Assembly: GCA_902478645.1 (NCBI GenBank)
Contig: CABSLV010000005.1
Span: 20,892-84,891 of the forward strand
DNA: 64,000 bases
Reading direction: 5' to 3'
Source of the DNA: an uncultured Flavobacteriales bacterium
Lineage (GTDB): Bacteria; Bacteroidota; Bacteroidia; Flavobacteriales; UBA1820
Shown here: piece by piece, positions 36,312 through 44,860 of the stretch
Numbering within the stretch: the first letter of the stretch is position 1
How the letters are laid out: every line of letters begins with the position of its first letter
Made by a program: the position numbers and the translations under genes
Notes under the pieces: model-generated
The model's database searches: none
What the model was told of the DNA's origin: nothing
What the model saw: only the letters and a program-made list of their open reading frames with translations

Positions 36312-37598
36312 ATGGGTAACACATACCGCATATTGTTCCTCCTGCCGTTTCTTTGGTTCGCTGCGCATCCCGCCGCGGGACAATCGGCCATGCGCACCCC
36401 GAGCGATACCAACGCTCTTGTCCCCGTCGAACGGGCAAGCTCGCCGGACTTTCCCCCGCTGGGCTCCGAAGTGGAGGATCAGGATTTGTCTCTCGCTCCG
36501 CCCGAAGCGGTGGATACGGCCTCCCCGAGCGGTTTTTCCTCGTTCGTCCAGACGGTGAGCAGTCTCTTTCAAGTAGATACGACCAAACGGCGGCGGTTTT
36601 CCCTGCTGGCACTCCCCGAGTTTTCCTACGGTGACGAAAATGGTCTGGGGCTTGGATTTACCGCCCGCCTGTACATCAACGACTTCCGCCCCCATCCGCA
36701 GGGCAAGGCCCGGCGGCAGTCGTACGTGGATTTCTCCTCACATTTCACCTTCAAAGGCAATCTGTCGCTCTCGCTCCGCCCGACGGTGTACCTGCTCGAC
36801 GAACGCCTGCTGCTGCGGGGGTACTTCGGACTGGGACACTACCCTTCGACCTTTCAGGCCATCGGCCCGGACAGTCCGGAAGACCAAAAGGAGGACTACG
36901 ACGAACGCTCCACCCGCCTTCGCTTGGCGACGTACTGGCGGTGGTTTGAAAACATGTACATCGGCCTGGGGTATTACTACTACGATTATCAGGTGAAAGA
37001 CATACTCGAAGGCGGGATGCTGGATCAGGGCACGATCCCCGGCTGCGACGGAGCCAGGATTTCAGGCCTTTCCCTGCACTACATCTACGACAGCCGCGAC
37101 GATCCGTTCGTTCCCCTGAAAGGTTTTTACGCACAACTGGACGGCTACTTCAACGCACATCTGCTGGGCAGCACGCAGGATTACACCAAATACCTGATCG
37201 ATCTGCGCGGATACATCCCGGTAGGAAAAGACCAATTGATCGCCCTGAATTTCTACTCCCAGATCGCCACCGGAGAAGTCCCTTTTCAGGACATGGCCTC
37301 CCTGTCCAACGGCATCCACTCACGAGGATACGCCAGCGGCCGTTATATCGACAAAAACCTCATGTCCCTCCAGGCGGAATACCGGTACTATTTCGGACGG
37401 TTCGGCATTTCGGCATTCGCAGGGACGGCCAATGTGGGTGATACGCCGCTGAAAGCACTGAAAATGGACAAATTCACCTTCGGTGGCGGGCTTCGTGTGA
37501 AACCTTTCCGGGGACAACGGATGTACTTCCGGGGCGACGTGGGATTCAACACGCACGGAGACGTCCAGTTCTACCTGGGTATCGACGAACTGTTCTGA
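36312..37598 (+). CDS. Omp85/BamA-TamA family outer-membrane beta-barrel protein
   Basis: Signal peptide (YRILFLLPFLWFAAHPAAG). Bacterial surface antigen (D15)-type barrel ending ...GDVGFNTHGDVQFYLGIDELF. Start taken at the internal Met. Confidence 0.7.
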   Translation: MGNTYRILFLLPFLWFAAHPAAGQSAMRTPSDTNALVPVERASSPDFPPLGSEVEDQDLSLAPPEAVDTASPSGFSSFVQTVSSLFQVDTTKRRRFSLLALPEFSYGDENGLGLGFTARLYINDFRPHPQGKARRQSYVDFSSHFTFKGNLSLSLRPTVYLLDERLLLRGYFGLGHYPSTFQAIGPDSPEDQKEDYDERSTRLRLATYWRWFENMYIGLGYYYYDYQVKDILEGGMLDQGTIPGCDGARISGLSLHYIYDSRDDPFVPLKGFYAQLDGYFNAHLLGSTQDYTKYLIDLRGYIPVGKDQLIALNFYSQIATGEVPFQDMASLSNGIHSRGYASGRYIDKNLMSLQAEYRYYFGRFGISAFAGTANVGDTPLKALKMDKFTFGGGLRVKPFRGQRMYFRGDVGFNTHGDVQFYLGIDELF

Positions 37599-37670
37599 CC
37601 CTCGGGAGCAGTTTTCAGCCATGCCTGGACAAAAACCGTTTCCCACACCCCGATAAAAGACAGAAAAAAA

Positions 37671-38162
37671 ATGAACAACACCCCTCCCCTTCCGATCGTC
37701 TTTCGGGAACTCCGCACAGACGAACACCCCCTGCTACGGGAATTCCTCCTGCGGGCCATCTACCTGCCCGAGGGTACACCACCCCCTCCGCCCGAGATCG
37801 TGGAAAGCCCCGAACTGAACCTCTATTTCAAGGATTTCGGCCACCACGACGCAGACCACGCCCTGGTGGCGGCCGTAGGGGAAGAAGTCATTGGCCTCGT
37901 CTGGTGCCGACGGATGCACGATTTCGGGTATGTGGACGAACAAACGCCTTCGCTGGCCCTCTCCCTGCGGGAAGAATATCGGGGAAAAGGTATCGGTACC
38001 CGACTGTTGGAAAACATGCTTCAACTGCTGCACGGAAAAGGCTATGCGCAGGTCTCCCTCTCGGTGCAAAAAGCCAACCCGGCCTTTCGCCTCTACAAGC
38101 GCCTGGGATTCGAAAAACTCCGGGGAACCGACGAGGAATTCATCCTGGTACGCAAGCTATAA
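37671..38162 (+). CDS. GNAT family N-acetyltransferase
   Basis: Motif A: REEYRGKGIGTRLLENML. 163 aa. Confidence 0.85.
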   Translation: MNNTPPLPIVFRELRTDEHPLLREFLLRAIYLPEGTPPPPPEIVESPELNLYFKDFGHHDADHALVAAVGEEVIGLVWCRRMHDFGYVDEQTPSLALSLREEYRGKGIGTRLLENMLQLLHGKGYAQVSLSVQKANPAFRLYKRLGFEKLRGTDEEFILVRKL

Positions 38163-38299
38163 TCGTACGCCCGGGATGCGCCTACACCCGTCCCCGCCTT
38201 CAAAACTTTCTCTGAAAACGCGCCGATCTTGTTTGACCTCGCTTAAAAATACGTGGAGATATTTGCGCCCCGTCAAAAATCTTCGGAAAAAAATTCTCC

Positions 38300-39382
38300 T
38301 TATGCCTTATTTTCTCCCCAAAACATATCCTTGACTACCAAATAGCCACACGAAGCCAGCGCTCCGAGGAACATGAAACCGATGAGGATTTTCGCTTTGC
38401 TCGGTTTGGATTTCTGCAACGGGCGCGTAGCCGGTTCGATCACCGTCAGACAGGGGGTCTGTTCCTGCAATTTCAGTTTCGCCATTTCCAACTGCTGCGA
38501 TGTGGCGGCATACATATTGTAGGCGAAATCCATTTCGTTGCTCAAACGATACTGCTCGGTCTTGACCGACTGACGGACCAGATCCTTGTTCTGGTCCACA
38601 AAAGCGGCATAGCGGTTTTGCGCCTCGTAATATTGTTTCTTCGACTCGTCGAAGGCCTTCTGGCAATATTCCATATCCTGGCGAGCCTTGTCGGTACGGT
38701 ATCGGACGATGTATTCCTGGAATTTGGAGACCATCGAATCGGCTACCACGGCAGCTACCCCGGGATCCTGCATAGTCACCGAAGCGGTAATGATCCCCGT
38801 TTTTTTGTCCAACGAGATTCCCATGCGTTCGCGGATAGTTTTTACATAATCGTATTGTTCCTTGGTAAGATTGGCCACATCGAACTCCTCTGCTTCCTGA
38901 GGCTCTTTCGAGGAAAACAACGACATTCCCCAGCCCAATACCCGAAATGGGAAAGCGATAATGTGGTTCCACCAGGCCGTTTTTTGATGTTCCGAGAGAT
39001 AATCGTACAACGTGTAAGGCTCCTTTGCCTTTCGGGGCTGTACAGGCACGGTGCGCATATCGGCCAGGAAAGGCAACGACGAAGCTACTTCCGGATACAT
39101 AAGCACTCCGATACCGTATCCGCTGCCCGATCCTCCCAAGTCTATCCCGGCCAAGGATGCCAACTGGCTCACTCCGGAAGTCGCCATTTTATTGTCGGCT
39201 TCTTCCGCGACCATCTTGACCGATACGGTGTATTCGGACGGGATGCTGAATCCGACGACCAAACCTACTACGGCCGCCACTCCGGTCCATTTGAAGATAA
39301 AACGACGGCGCGCCCACAGTTTCCGTGCGATTTCCAGCAGGTCGATTTCCCCAACCGGATTGTTGCCCGTATTTTCACTCAT
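38300..39382 (-). CDS. Wzz/chain-length-determinant family protein (no kinase domain)
   Basis: EIDLLEIARKLWARRRFIFKW then an N-terminal TM, a periplasmic coiled-coil and a C-terminal TM (ILIGFMFLGALASCGYLVV). Confidence 0.8.
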   Translation of the reverse strand: MSENTGNNPVGEIDLLEIARKLWARRRFIFKWTGVAAVVGLVVGFSIPSEYTVSVKMVAEEADNKMATSGVSQLASLAGIDLGGSGSGYGIGVLMYPEVASSLPFLADMRTVPVQPRKAKEPYTLYDYLSEHQKTAWWNHIIAFPFRVLGWGMSLFSSKEPQEAEEFDVANLTKEQYDYVKTIRERMGISLDKKTGIITASVTMQDPGVAAVVADSMVSKFQEYIVRYRTDKARQDMEYCQKAFDESKKQYYEAQNRYAAFVDQNKDLVRQSVKTEQYRLSNEMDFAYNMYAATSQQLEMAKLKLQEQTPCLTVIEPATRPLQKSKPSKAKILIGFMFLGALASCGYLVVKDMFWGENKA

Positions 39383-39477
39383 GTCTGTTTTTATTTTTTG
39401 TTGAGCTTTCCTGTTGCAACGAAAGAACCTACGCGTGTACTTTTCCTGCTCCTGGGACAAACAAGGAAAAGTCAGTA

Positions 39478-41919
39478 TTATTTGATCATCGAATTGATCA
39501 GCGCCGCGATCGAGGTCGTGGACGAAGCCAAACTCATGATTTCAGCCAAACCCAACCCTTCACGGGGAGTCTTGATCGGAACGATGATTTCACACCCAGG
39601 CTCTATCTTGGGGTAACGGCGGAAAATACTTCCCCGTACCGTTTCGACCTGCCCGTTGGCATAGATCACATAAGCTTTCCGGCGGGCATTCTGTGCATAA
39701 CCTCCGGCATTGTAGATGTATTTCTTCAGGCTCTTGCCCTTTTCATAGGTTACTGCATTGGGATATACGACAGCTCCACTGATCCGCACAGTACTCGTAT
39801 AAGTGGGAACGACCAACTCATCCCCTTCCTGAAGATACGCATCCTGCTGTCCTCCCGGATTTTCCATGGCTGCTTCCAGATCGATCCCCACCAGATAGTA
39901 TTCCGGGATGTCGGTGACCAAGGCCGTACTGAGTGAATCCGCACCGTCGGCATTCTGCACAATCCTCGCCCTTGCTTCGAGCTTTACCAAATCGGCCTCG
40001 GACAGTTTGCGGCGCAACTGCGCTCCACGAATGTACGCATACGGGGTAAAGCCTCCTGCCTGTTTGACCAAATCCGAAAGCCGCATGTTCTTTTTCAGAT
40101 TATACCCTCCTCGGAAAACCACCTCTCCATTGACCGACACGAATTTCTGAGCGACAAATGAAGGAGAACGCCGAACAATGATCTCATCGAAAGGTTTCAG
40201 ATCAAAACTGTCTCCTTTCTGGTCAAAGGCCAAACCTCCCTCCAACGTTATCTGGAATTCTTCTGCCGGACGGTCGTCATACATCGTAGACAACGGGTCT
40301 TTTCCCCGCCGAACCACCAATATCTGCGTTTGGGAAGCCGACTCCTTAAACCCTCCGGCCAACAAAATCGCATCGGCTACCGACATTCCCTCCATATAGT
40401 CGAGTTTATAGCCATTCTTCTGTTGGTTCTCGCTTTCCGACACATATTCGCCTCCTTTTTGGACAGCCTGTATGTTGCGACGGAGCATATCTTCCTTAGT
40501 GCCCATATTCAGGCCATTCACTTCGCCCCGTACCGTCACATAATACGGCTCATGAAGTTCCCCGGCATAAGGTATATACAATTCATCCCCGTTTTCCAAT
40601 GCAATATCCGGAGCCTGTCCGGAGAACACGGCCGGCACATCGACCGGTAGAGCCTGATAGGTACCGTCCGGCTTTAGCCGGCGAATGATACCCCGTTCGA
40701 AATACTCATCCTGCCGAAGGCCCTGGGCCTTGTGAACCAGCGAAACCACCGAACGTACCGTATCGTCGAGCTGATAATCCCCCGGACGCCAAACCGCCCC
40801 GCGAACCGAGACACGGTTTTCATACCGATCGATCACCTCGCCTACCGATACCGAATCGCCATCCCGCATCGGGAAATCGGCAAAGTTCCGTTCTTCGACG
40901 GTAAACATTCGGTAAAAATTGCCGTCCGCCTTTCGGTTTACCGACACATTGCCCGTATAGGCATCGCCCGTAAAGCCGCCTGCATAACGGATCAAGTCGG
41001 AGAGCGTTTCTCCATCCTTGAGTTCGAAGATACGTTCGCGTTTGACCTTGCCCGAAACCCGGACATGGTTGCAATAAGGACCAACGATGATCATATCGTT
41101 GTCTTCGAGCGCAATATTGGCCTCGTATTTTCCATTGAGGATATAGTCGTACACATCGAGCGTCGCCACGCATTTGCTATTCCGATACACCTGAATATCA
41201 CGCAGCGAACCGATCGCATTCACTCCGCCGGCCATATACAGCGCATTGAACAAAGTGGCCAGCGACGGCAGAGTATAGGTACCCGGAGCCATTACCTCTC
41301 CGGCGATATTCACCCGGATACTGCGTATCTGTCCCAAGGATACCCGCAAGTTGATCCCACCGGTCTTGATTTCGGAATACACCGCACTCATCTGTTCCTC
41401 GATAGTCTTCCGGGCTTGTTCCACCGTTTGCCCGCTGAGGAAAATCACTCCGACCGACGGCAGGCTGATCACTCCGTCGGGACTGATCGTACGGGTGTAG
41501 GAAGCCTCGGAATTGCCCCACAATTCGATCAGAAGCTGGTCTCCGGCCGAAAGGACATAACCTTGGGGGGTCGGCATGTTGAAGTTCGGTTCAAAAGACA
41601 AACGTTGATTCCCGAATATTTCCATACCGAACACCCGATCGGTATCCGCTACAGGCAACAAACTGATTGACAAACTATCCGAAACCGTTCGTTCCGGAGG
41701 GACGACTTGACGGATACCACTCTGACGTCCCAAAGAAGTATCTGCCGGAATATTGAGTTCCCGACTATCCTGCGCATTGGACAGGACTTGGTTGATTTGC
41801 GAGTCGGACACCCCCATCTGTCTAGCTTGTTGCAACATGGCGGGAGTCACCTGTATCTGTTGTCCCCACACAATCTGGCACATTCCGAGTGCAAGGGCCC
41901 AAAGCAGCATTTTCTTCAT
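39478..41919 (-). CDS. Polysaccharide export outer-membrane protein (Wza/BexD family with multiple SLBB domains)
   Basis: 813 aa. Signal peptide, Poly_export motif (YVLSAGDQLLIELWG) and repeated SLBB-like units (V.V.G.V..PG.Y). Confidence 0.88.
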   Translation of the reverse strand: MKKMLLWALALGMCQIVWGQQIQVTPAMLQQARQMGVSDSQINQVLSNAQDSRELNIPADTSLGRQSGIRQVVPPERTVSDSLSISLLPVADTDRVFGMEIFGNQRLSFEPNFNMPTPQGYVLSAGDQLLIELWGNSEASYTRTISPDGVISLPSVGVIFLSGQTVEQARKTIEEQMSAVYSEIKTGGINLRVSLGQIRSIRVNIAGEVMAPGTYTLPSLATLFNALYMAGGVNAIGSLRDIQVYRNSKCVATLDVYDYILNGKYEANIALEDNDMIIVGPYCNHVRVSGKVKRERIFELKDGETLSDLIRYAGGFTGDAYTGNVSVNRKADGNFYRMFTVEERNFADFPMRDGDSVSVGEVIDRYENRVSVRGAVWRPGDYQLDDTVRSVVSLVHKAQGLRQDEYFERGIIRRLKPDGTYQALPVDVPAVFSGQAPDIALENGDELYIPYAGELHEPYYVTVRGEVNGLNMGTKEDMLRRNIQAVQKGGEYVSESENQQKNGYKLDYMEGMSVADAILLAGGFKESASQTQILVVRRGKDPLSTMYDDRPAEEFQITLEGGLAFDQKGDSFDLKPFDEIIVRRSPSFVAQKFVSVNGEVVFRGGYNLKKNMRLSDLVKQAGGFTPYAYIRGAQLRRKLSEADLVKLEARARIVQNADGADSLSTALVTDIPEYYLVGIDLEAAMENPGGQQDAYLQEGDELVVPTYTSTVRISGAVVYPNAVTYEKGKSLKKYIYNAGGYAQNARRKAYVIYANGQVETVRGSIFRRYPKIEPGCEIIVPIKTPREGLGLAEIMSLASSTTSIAALINSMIK

Positions 41920-41945
41920 GGAATTGTCAAAATACGTCTGTTACG

Positions 41946-41953
41946 CAAATTTA
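41946..41953 (-). promoter_or_regulatory. -7 promoter box TAAATTTG (minus strand) upstream of the wza-like gene
   Basis: caaattta on +. 27 nt upstream of the ATG at 41919. Confidence 0.5.
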
Positions 41954-42007
41954 TAAATCTTTTTCAATGCCACCAGCCTCCGGTGACTTTCAGACAAAAG
42001 AAAACAA

Positions 42008-42048
42008 TAAAAAAAGCCTTTGCAAGCGTTTCCGTTTTTGCAAAGGCT
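42008..42048 (-). terminator. Intrinsic terminator immediately downstream of tRNA-Gln
   Basis: 11-bp stem agcctttgcaa/ttgcaaaggct with a 12-nt loop, followed by T7 on the minus strand. Confidence 0.7.
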
Positions 42049-42050
42049 TG

Positions 42051-42121
42051 TAGCCCTACCTGGATTCGAACCAAGACAAGCAGATCCAGAATCTGATGTG
42101 CTACCATTACACCATAGGGCT
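42051..42121 (-). tRNA. tRNA-Gln (anticodon CTG)
   Basis: Hand-folded 71-nt cloverleaf: acceptor AGCCCTA/TAGGGCT, T-arm CTTGG-TTCGAAT-CCAGG, anticodon loop TTCTGGA. No encoded CCA. Confidence 0.85.
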
Positions 42122-42148
42122 GAATCACGGTGCAAATTTAGTCATTTT

Positions 42149-42526
42149 TCAGACAGCCGCAACAACTTTTTTATTTTTTTCAGAAATTGTGCCTTGCTCC
42201 TGAGCCGCCTTTCCCCCACGACGGAAATAAATACGGTCTTCCAACCATTCCTGAACTGCGATGGCCGTGGGCTTGGGGAGTTTTTCATAAAAGCGGGAAA
42301 CTTCTATCTGCTCCTTGTTCTCAAATACTTCCTCCAGATTTTCAGCGTTGGCGGCAAATTCATCCAATTTGTCATTCAACTCCTTTTTCAGATCGACACC
42401 GATTTGCGTAGCACGGGCCGCTATGATCATGATCGCCTCATAAACATTTCCCGTCTTGGCATCAATCTGACGAATATCCCGCGTAATGGTCGTCAGCGGC
42501 GCGTTCGATTTCTTCAAATCCATCAT
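42149..42526 (-). CDS. rpoZ: DNA-directed RNA polymerase subunit omega
   Basis: GNVYEAIMIIAARATQIG core motif. Lies downstream of bamD, as is common in Bacteroidota. Confidence 0.8.
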   Translation of the reverse strand: MMDLKKSNAPLTTITRDIRQIDAKTGNVYEAIMIIAARATQIGVDLKKELNDKLDEFAANAENLEEVFENKEQIEVSRFYEKLPKPTAIAVQEWLEDRIYFRRGGKAAQEQGTISEKNKKVVAAV

Positions 42527-42529
42527 CTC

Positions 42530-43468
42530 TTATTCCTTGTTTTGTTTTTTTTGTTCTTTTGCCTGCGCTTTCAAAGCGGCCTTTTCCGCCTTCTCCACCT
42601 GACGGTCGTACTTCTTCATTTTCTTTTCATCCAAACCATCTTTCTCCCCCAGGTCCTTGATCACCTGATCGAGAATGGCGGACTTGTTTTCCATGGCCTT
42701 GACGGCCTTTTCGATCTCGGCATAATGAACCGACTCAGGGAACTGGCGCAGGAACAAACGTCCATAAGTCATGGCATCCGTATAACGCTCGGCCTGTTTG
42801 TCGGGAATACTCTTGTTGGCATAGATCGCAGCCGCCTTGGCACGGTAATACATCAGGTTTTCCCGCTGGGTAGTATAAGGCCGATCATCCAACGCATTGG
42901 TGAAAGCAATTACCGCCGAACTGTAATCCTCCATCCGGTAATAATTGTACGCGATATCGAAAGCCTTTTTATCCAACTTTTCGTTCAACTCCCGCACCAT
43001 ACTGTCCGCCTGGGCCACCTGCGGAGCGGTAGGATAACGTTCGATAAAACGCTGCAAAGCGTTGATCGCCTTGGTCGTATTTTCCTGATCCAGATAACTT
43101 TCAGGAGAAATATTATACGACGACTGGGCAGCCATAAATGCCGCCTGTTCGTTTTTATCGCTCAAAGGGTAGGTCTTGGCAAAATTGCCCATCAAATAAG
43201 CCGAAAGCTCGTACATGTCATCCATGTACCACGAATAGGCCATCATCCAGTCGGCATTTTCGGCCTCTTTCGTGTTTTTAAAATGCTGATAATACGGCTC
43301 GAGTACTTTGACAACCTTCGGATACTTTCCCTGTTCGAACAGTTTTTTGGCGTAGTCCAAATGAGCGACAGGATCCTCGCTGCGGAGTATCTTGGAATAC
43401 TCGCCGCAACTTGCCAACGATACCGTCAATGCGCAGAGCAACCCTATTTTGATGCGTGATAGTAACAT
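42530..43468 (-). CDS. bamD: Outer membrane protein assembly factor BamD (TPR lipoprotein)
   Basis: Lipobox LASC. TPR-like repeats. YAKKLFEQGKYPKVVKVLE start is typical of BamD. Confidence 0.85.
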   Translation of the reverse strand: MLLSRIKIGLLCALTVSLASCGEYSKILRSEDPVAHLDYAKKLFEQGKYPKVVKVLEPYYQHFKNTKEAENADWMMAYSWYMDDMYELSAYLMGNFAKTYPLSDKNEQAAFMAAQSSYNISPESYLDQENTTKAINALQRFIERYPTAPQVAQADSMVRELNEKLDKKAFDIAYNYYRMEDYSSAVIAFTNALDDRPYTTQRENLMYYRAKAAAIYANKSIPDKQAERYTDAMTYGRLFLRQFPESVHYAEIEKAVKAMENKSAILDQVIKDLGEKDGLDEKKMKKYDRQVEKAEKAALKAQAKEQKKQNKE

Positions 43469-43473
43469 AGGTG

Positions 43474-43481
43474 CAAATGTA
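43474..43481 (-). promoter_or_regulatory. Possible -7 box TACATTTG (minus strand) abutting the bamD start
   Basis: caaatgta on +. Only 5 nt separate it from the ATG at 43468, so it would imply a very short or absent leader. Confidence 0.3.
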
Positions 43482-43714
43482 TGAATTTTATCCGTTCACG
43501 TGAAAAAAAAGTCGAAGACTCGGGCAAAGATACAGGATAATATGACGCGCCGCGCAACCGGTCTCCTTAAATAAATCATAAGATTTTCCCCCAAATGCCT
43601 TTCCAACACCGAGCGAGGCAAATTAAACAATTGAAAAACAATCAATATAGTTTTTATCTATCCCGACAAAGAAAAACAATTATACGCAACGCACCCCCTC
43701 CGGATAAAAAGCCG

Positions 43715-43722
43715 TACCTTTG
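43715..43722 (+). promoter_or_regulatory. -7 promoter box TACCTTTG upstream of rubrerythrin
   Basis: TAnnTTTG 45 nt upstream of the ATG at 43768. Confidence 0.55.
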
Positions 43723-43767
43723 TTACAACAAAAATCTTATAAGAACTATACAAAACATCAAGATCCT

Positions 43768-44322
43768 ATGAAAAAGAAATTCATCTGCACCATCTGCGGT
43801 TACGTTCACGAAGGGGATTCCGCTCCCGAAAAATGCCCTCAGTGCCATGCTCCGGCCAGCAAATTCAAAGAATTGGTAGAAAGCGAAGGCGCCCTTGCTT
43901 TCGTAACCGAGCATGAGATCGGCGTAGCCAAAGGCTGCGACGAGGAAATGATCAAGGACCTCAACGCACACTTCACCGGAGAATGCACCGAAGTGGGCAT
44001 GTACCTGGCCATGAGCCGTCAGGCCGACCGTGAAGGCTACCCCGAGATCGCCGAAGCCTACAAGCGCTACGCTTGGGAAGAAGCCGAACACGCCAGCAAA
44101 TTTGCCGAACTGCTGGGCGATGTGGTATGGGACACCAAGACCAACCTGGAAAAACGCATGCAGGCCGAATGCGGCGCTTGCGAAGACAAGATGCGTATCG
44201 CCAAACGCGCCAAGGAACTGAACCTGGACGCTATCCACGATACGGTTCATGAAATGGCCAAGGACGAGGCTCGTCACGGCAAAGGCTTCGAGGGACTCTA
44301 CAACCGCTATTTCAAGAAATAA
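43768..44322 (+). CDS. Rubrerythrin with N-terminal rubredoxin-like domain (reverse rubrerythrin arrangement)
   Basis: [10 protein letters not shown]...CPQC zinc-ribbon/rubredoxin motif at the N-terminus, then a ferritin-like di-iron domain ([16 protein letters not shown]). Confidence 0.92.
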   Translation: MKKKFICTICGYVHEGDSAPEKCPQCHAPASKFKELVESEGALAFVTEHEIGVAKGCDEEMIKDLNAHFTGECTEVGMYLAMSRQADREGYPEIAEAYKRYAWEEAEHASKFAELLGDVVWDTKTNLEKRMQAECGACEDKMRIAKRAKELNLDAIHDTVHEMAKDEARHGKGFEGLYNRYFKK

Positions 44323-44370
44323 GTCTGCCCGGCGGAAGGGCAACCTCCGCCATCAGCAGCAATGTTCATG

Positions 44371-44402
44371 AAAAACTTTCCGCGATGAGCGGGAAGTTTT
44401 TC
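44371..44402 (+). terminator. Intrinsic terminator after rubrerythrin
   Basis: aaaaa-ctttccgc-gatga-gcgggaag-tttttc. 8-bp stem (one G-U) followed by a T-run. Confidence 0.65.
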
Positions 44403-44434
44403 TCTCCATTCACCGTAAAAAACACATCAACGAC

Positions 44435-44746
44435 ATGGCAAAAGAGATCACAGACGCTAATTTCGCCGAGATCACCCGCGAAGGGGTGGTCGTGGTCGAT
44501 TTCTGGGCTCCCTGGTGCGGTCCGTGCCGCATGGTAGCTCCCATCATCGACGAACTGGCCGAAGAATATGCAGGAAAAGCCGTCATCGGCAAAGTCAATG
44601 TGGACGACAACCCGGGGGTTTCCGCCTCGCAGAGCATCCGCAACATCCCGACCCTGCTGTTCTTCAAAAACGGACAGTTGGTCGACAAGCACGTAGGGGT
44701 GGCATCCAAGGCCGACCTGAAGGCAAAGATCGACGCTCTCTTTTAA
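44435..44746 (+). CDS. trxA: Thioredoxin
   Basis: 103 aa. WAPWCGPC active site. Confidence 0.96.
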   Translation: MAKEITDANFAEITREGVVVVDFWAPWCGPCRMVAPIIDELAEEYAGKAVIGKVNVDDNPGVSASQSIRNIPTLLFFKNGQLVDKHVGVASKADLKAKIDALF

Positions 44747-44786
44747 AACGCTTCCCCTGCAACGAAACAGGGATCCGGCTCAAGTT

Positions 44787-44851
44787 GAGCAGAGCGCAAA
44801 GAAAAACCCCCGGGGGAAAATCCCCCGGGGGTTTTTCTTTGCGCTCTGCTC
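44787..44851. terminator. Bidirectional terminator: perfect 30-bp inverted repeat
   Basis: gagcagagcgcaaagaaaaacccccggggg / aaaat / cccccgggggtttttctttgcgctctgctc, between trxA (+) and nhaA (-). Confidence 0.8.
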
Positions 44852-44860
44852 TCACGCGGA

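Noticed and set aside
42020-43459. 479-aa plus-strand ORF covering bamD, rpoZ and the tRNA-Gln in antisense
   Set aside because: It runs straight through a tRNA gene and its terminator. The sense genes are recognisable. The product is Leu/Ile/Phe/Arg-rich noise.
43631-43645. FNR/CRP-like palindrome TTGAaaaacaaTCAA in the AT-rich region upstream of rubrerythrin, plus three AAACAAT direct repeats nearby
   Set aside because: The half-site spacing is one nt longer than the TTGAT-N4-ATCAA consensus. The site lies about 90 nt upstream of the likely start point. A+T-rich DNA produces such matches by chance.
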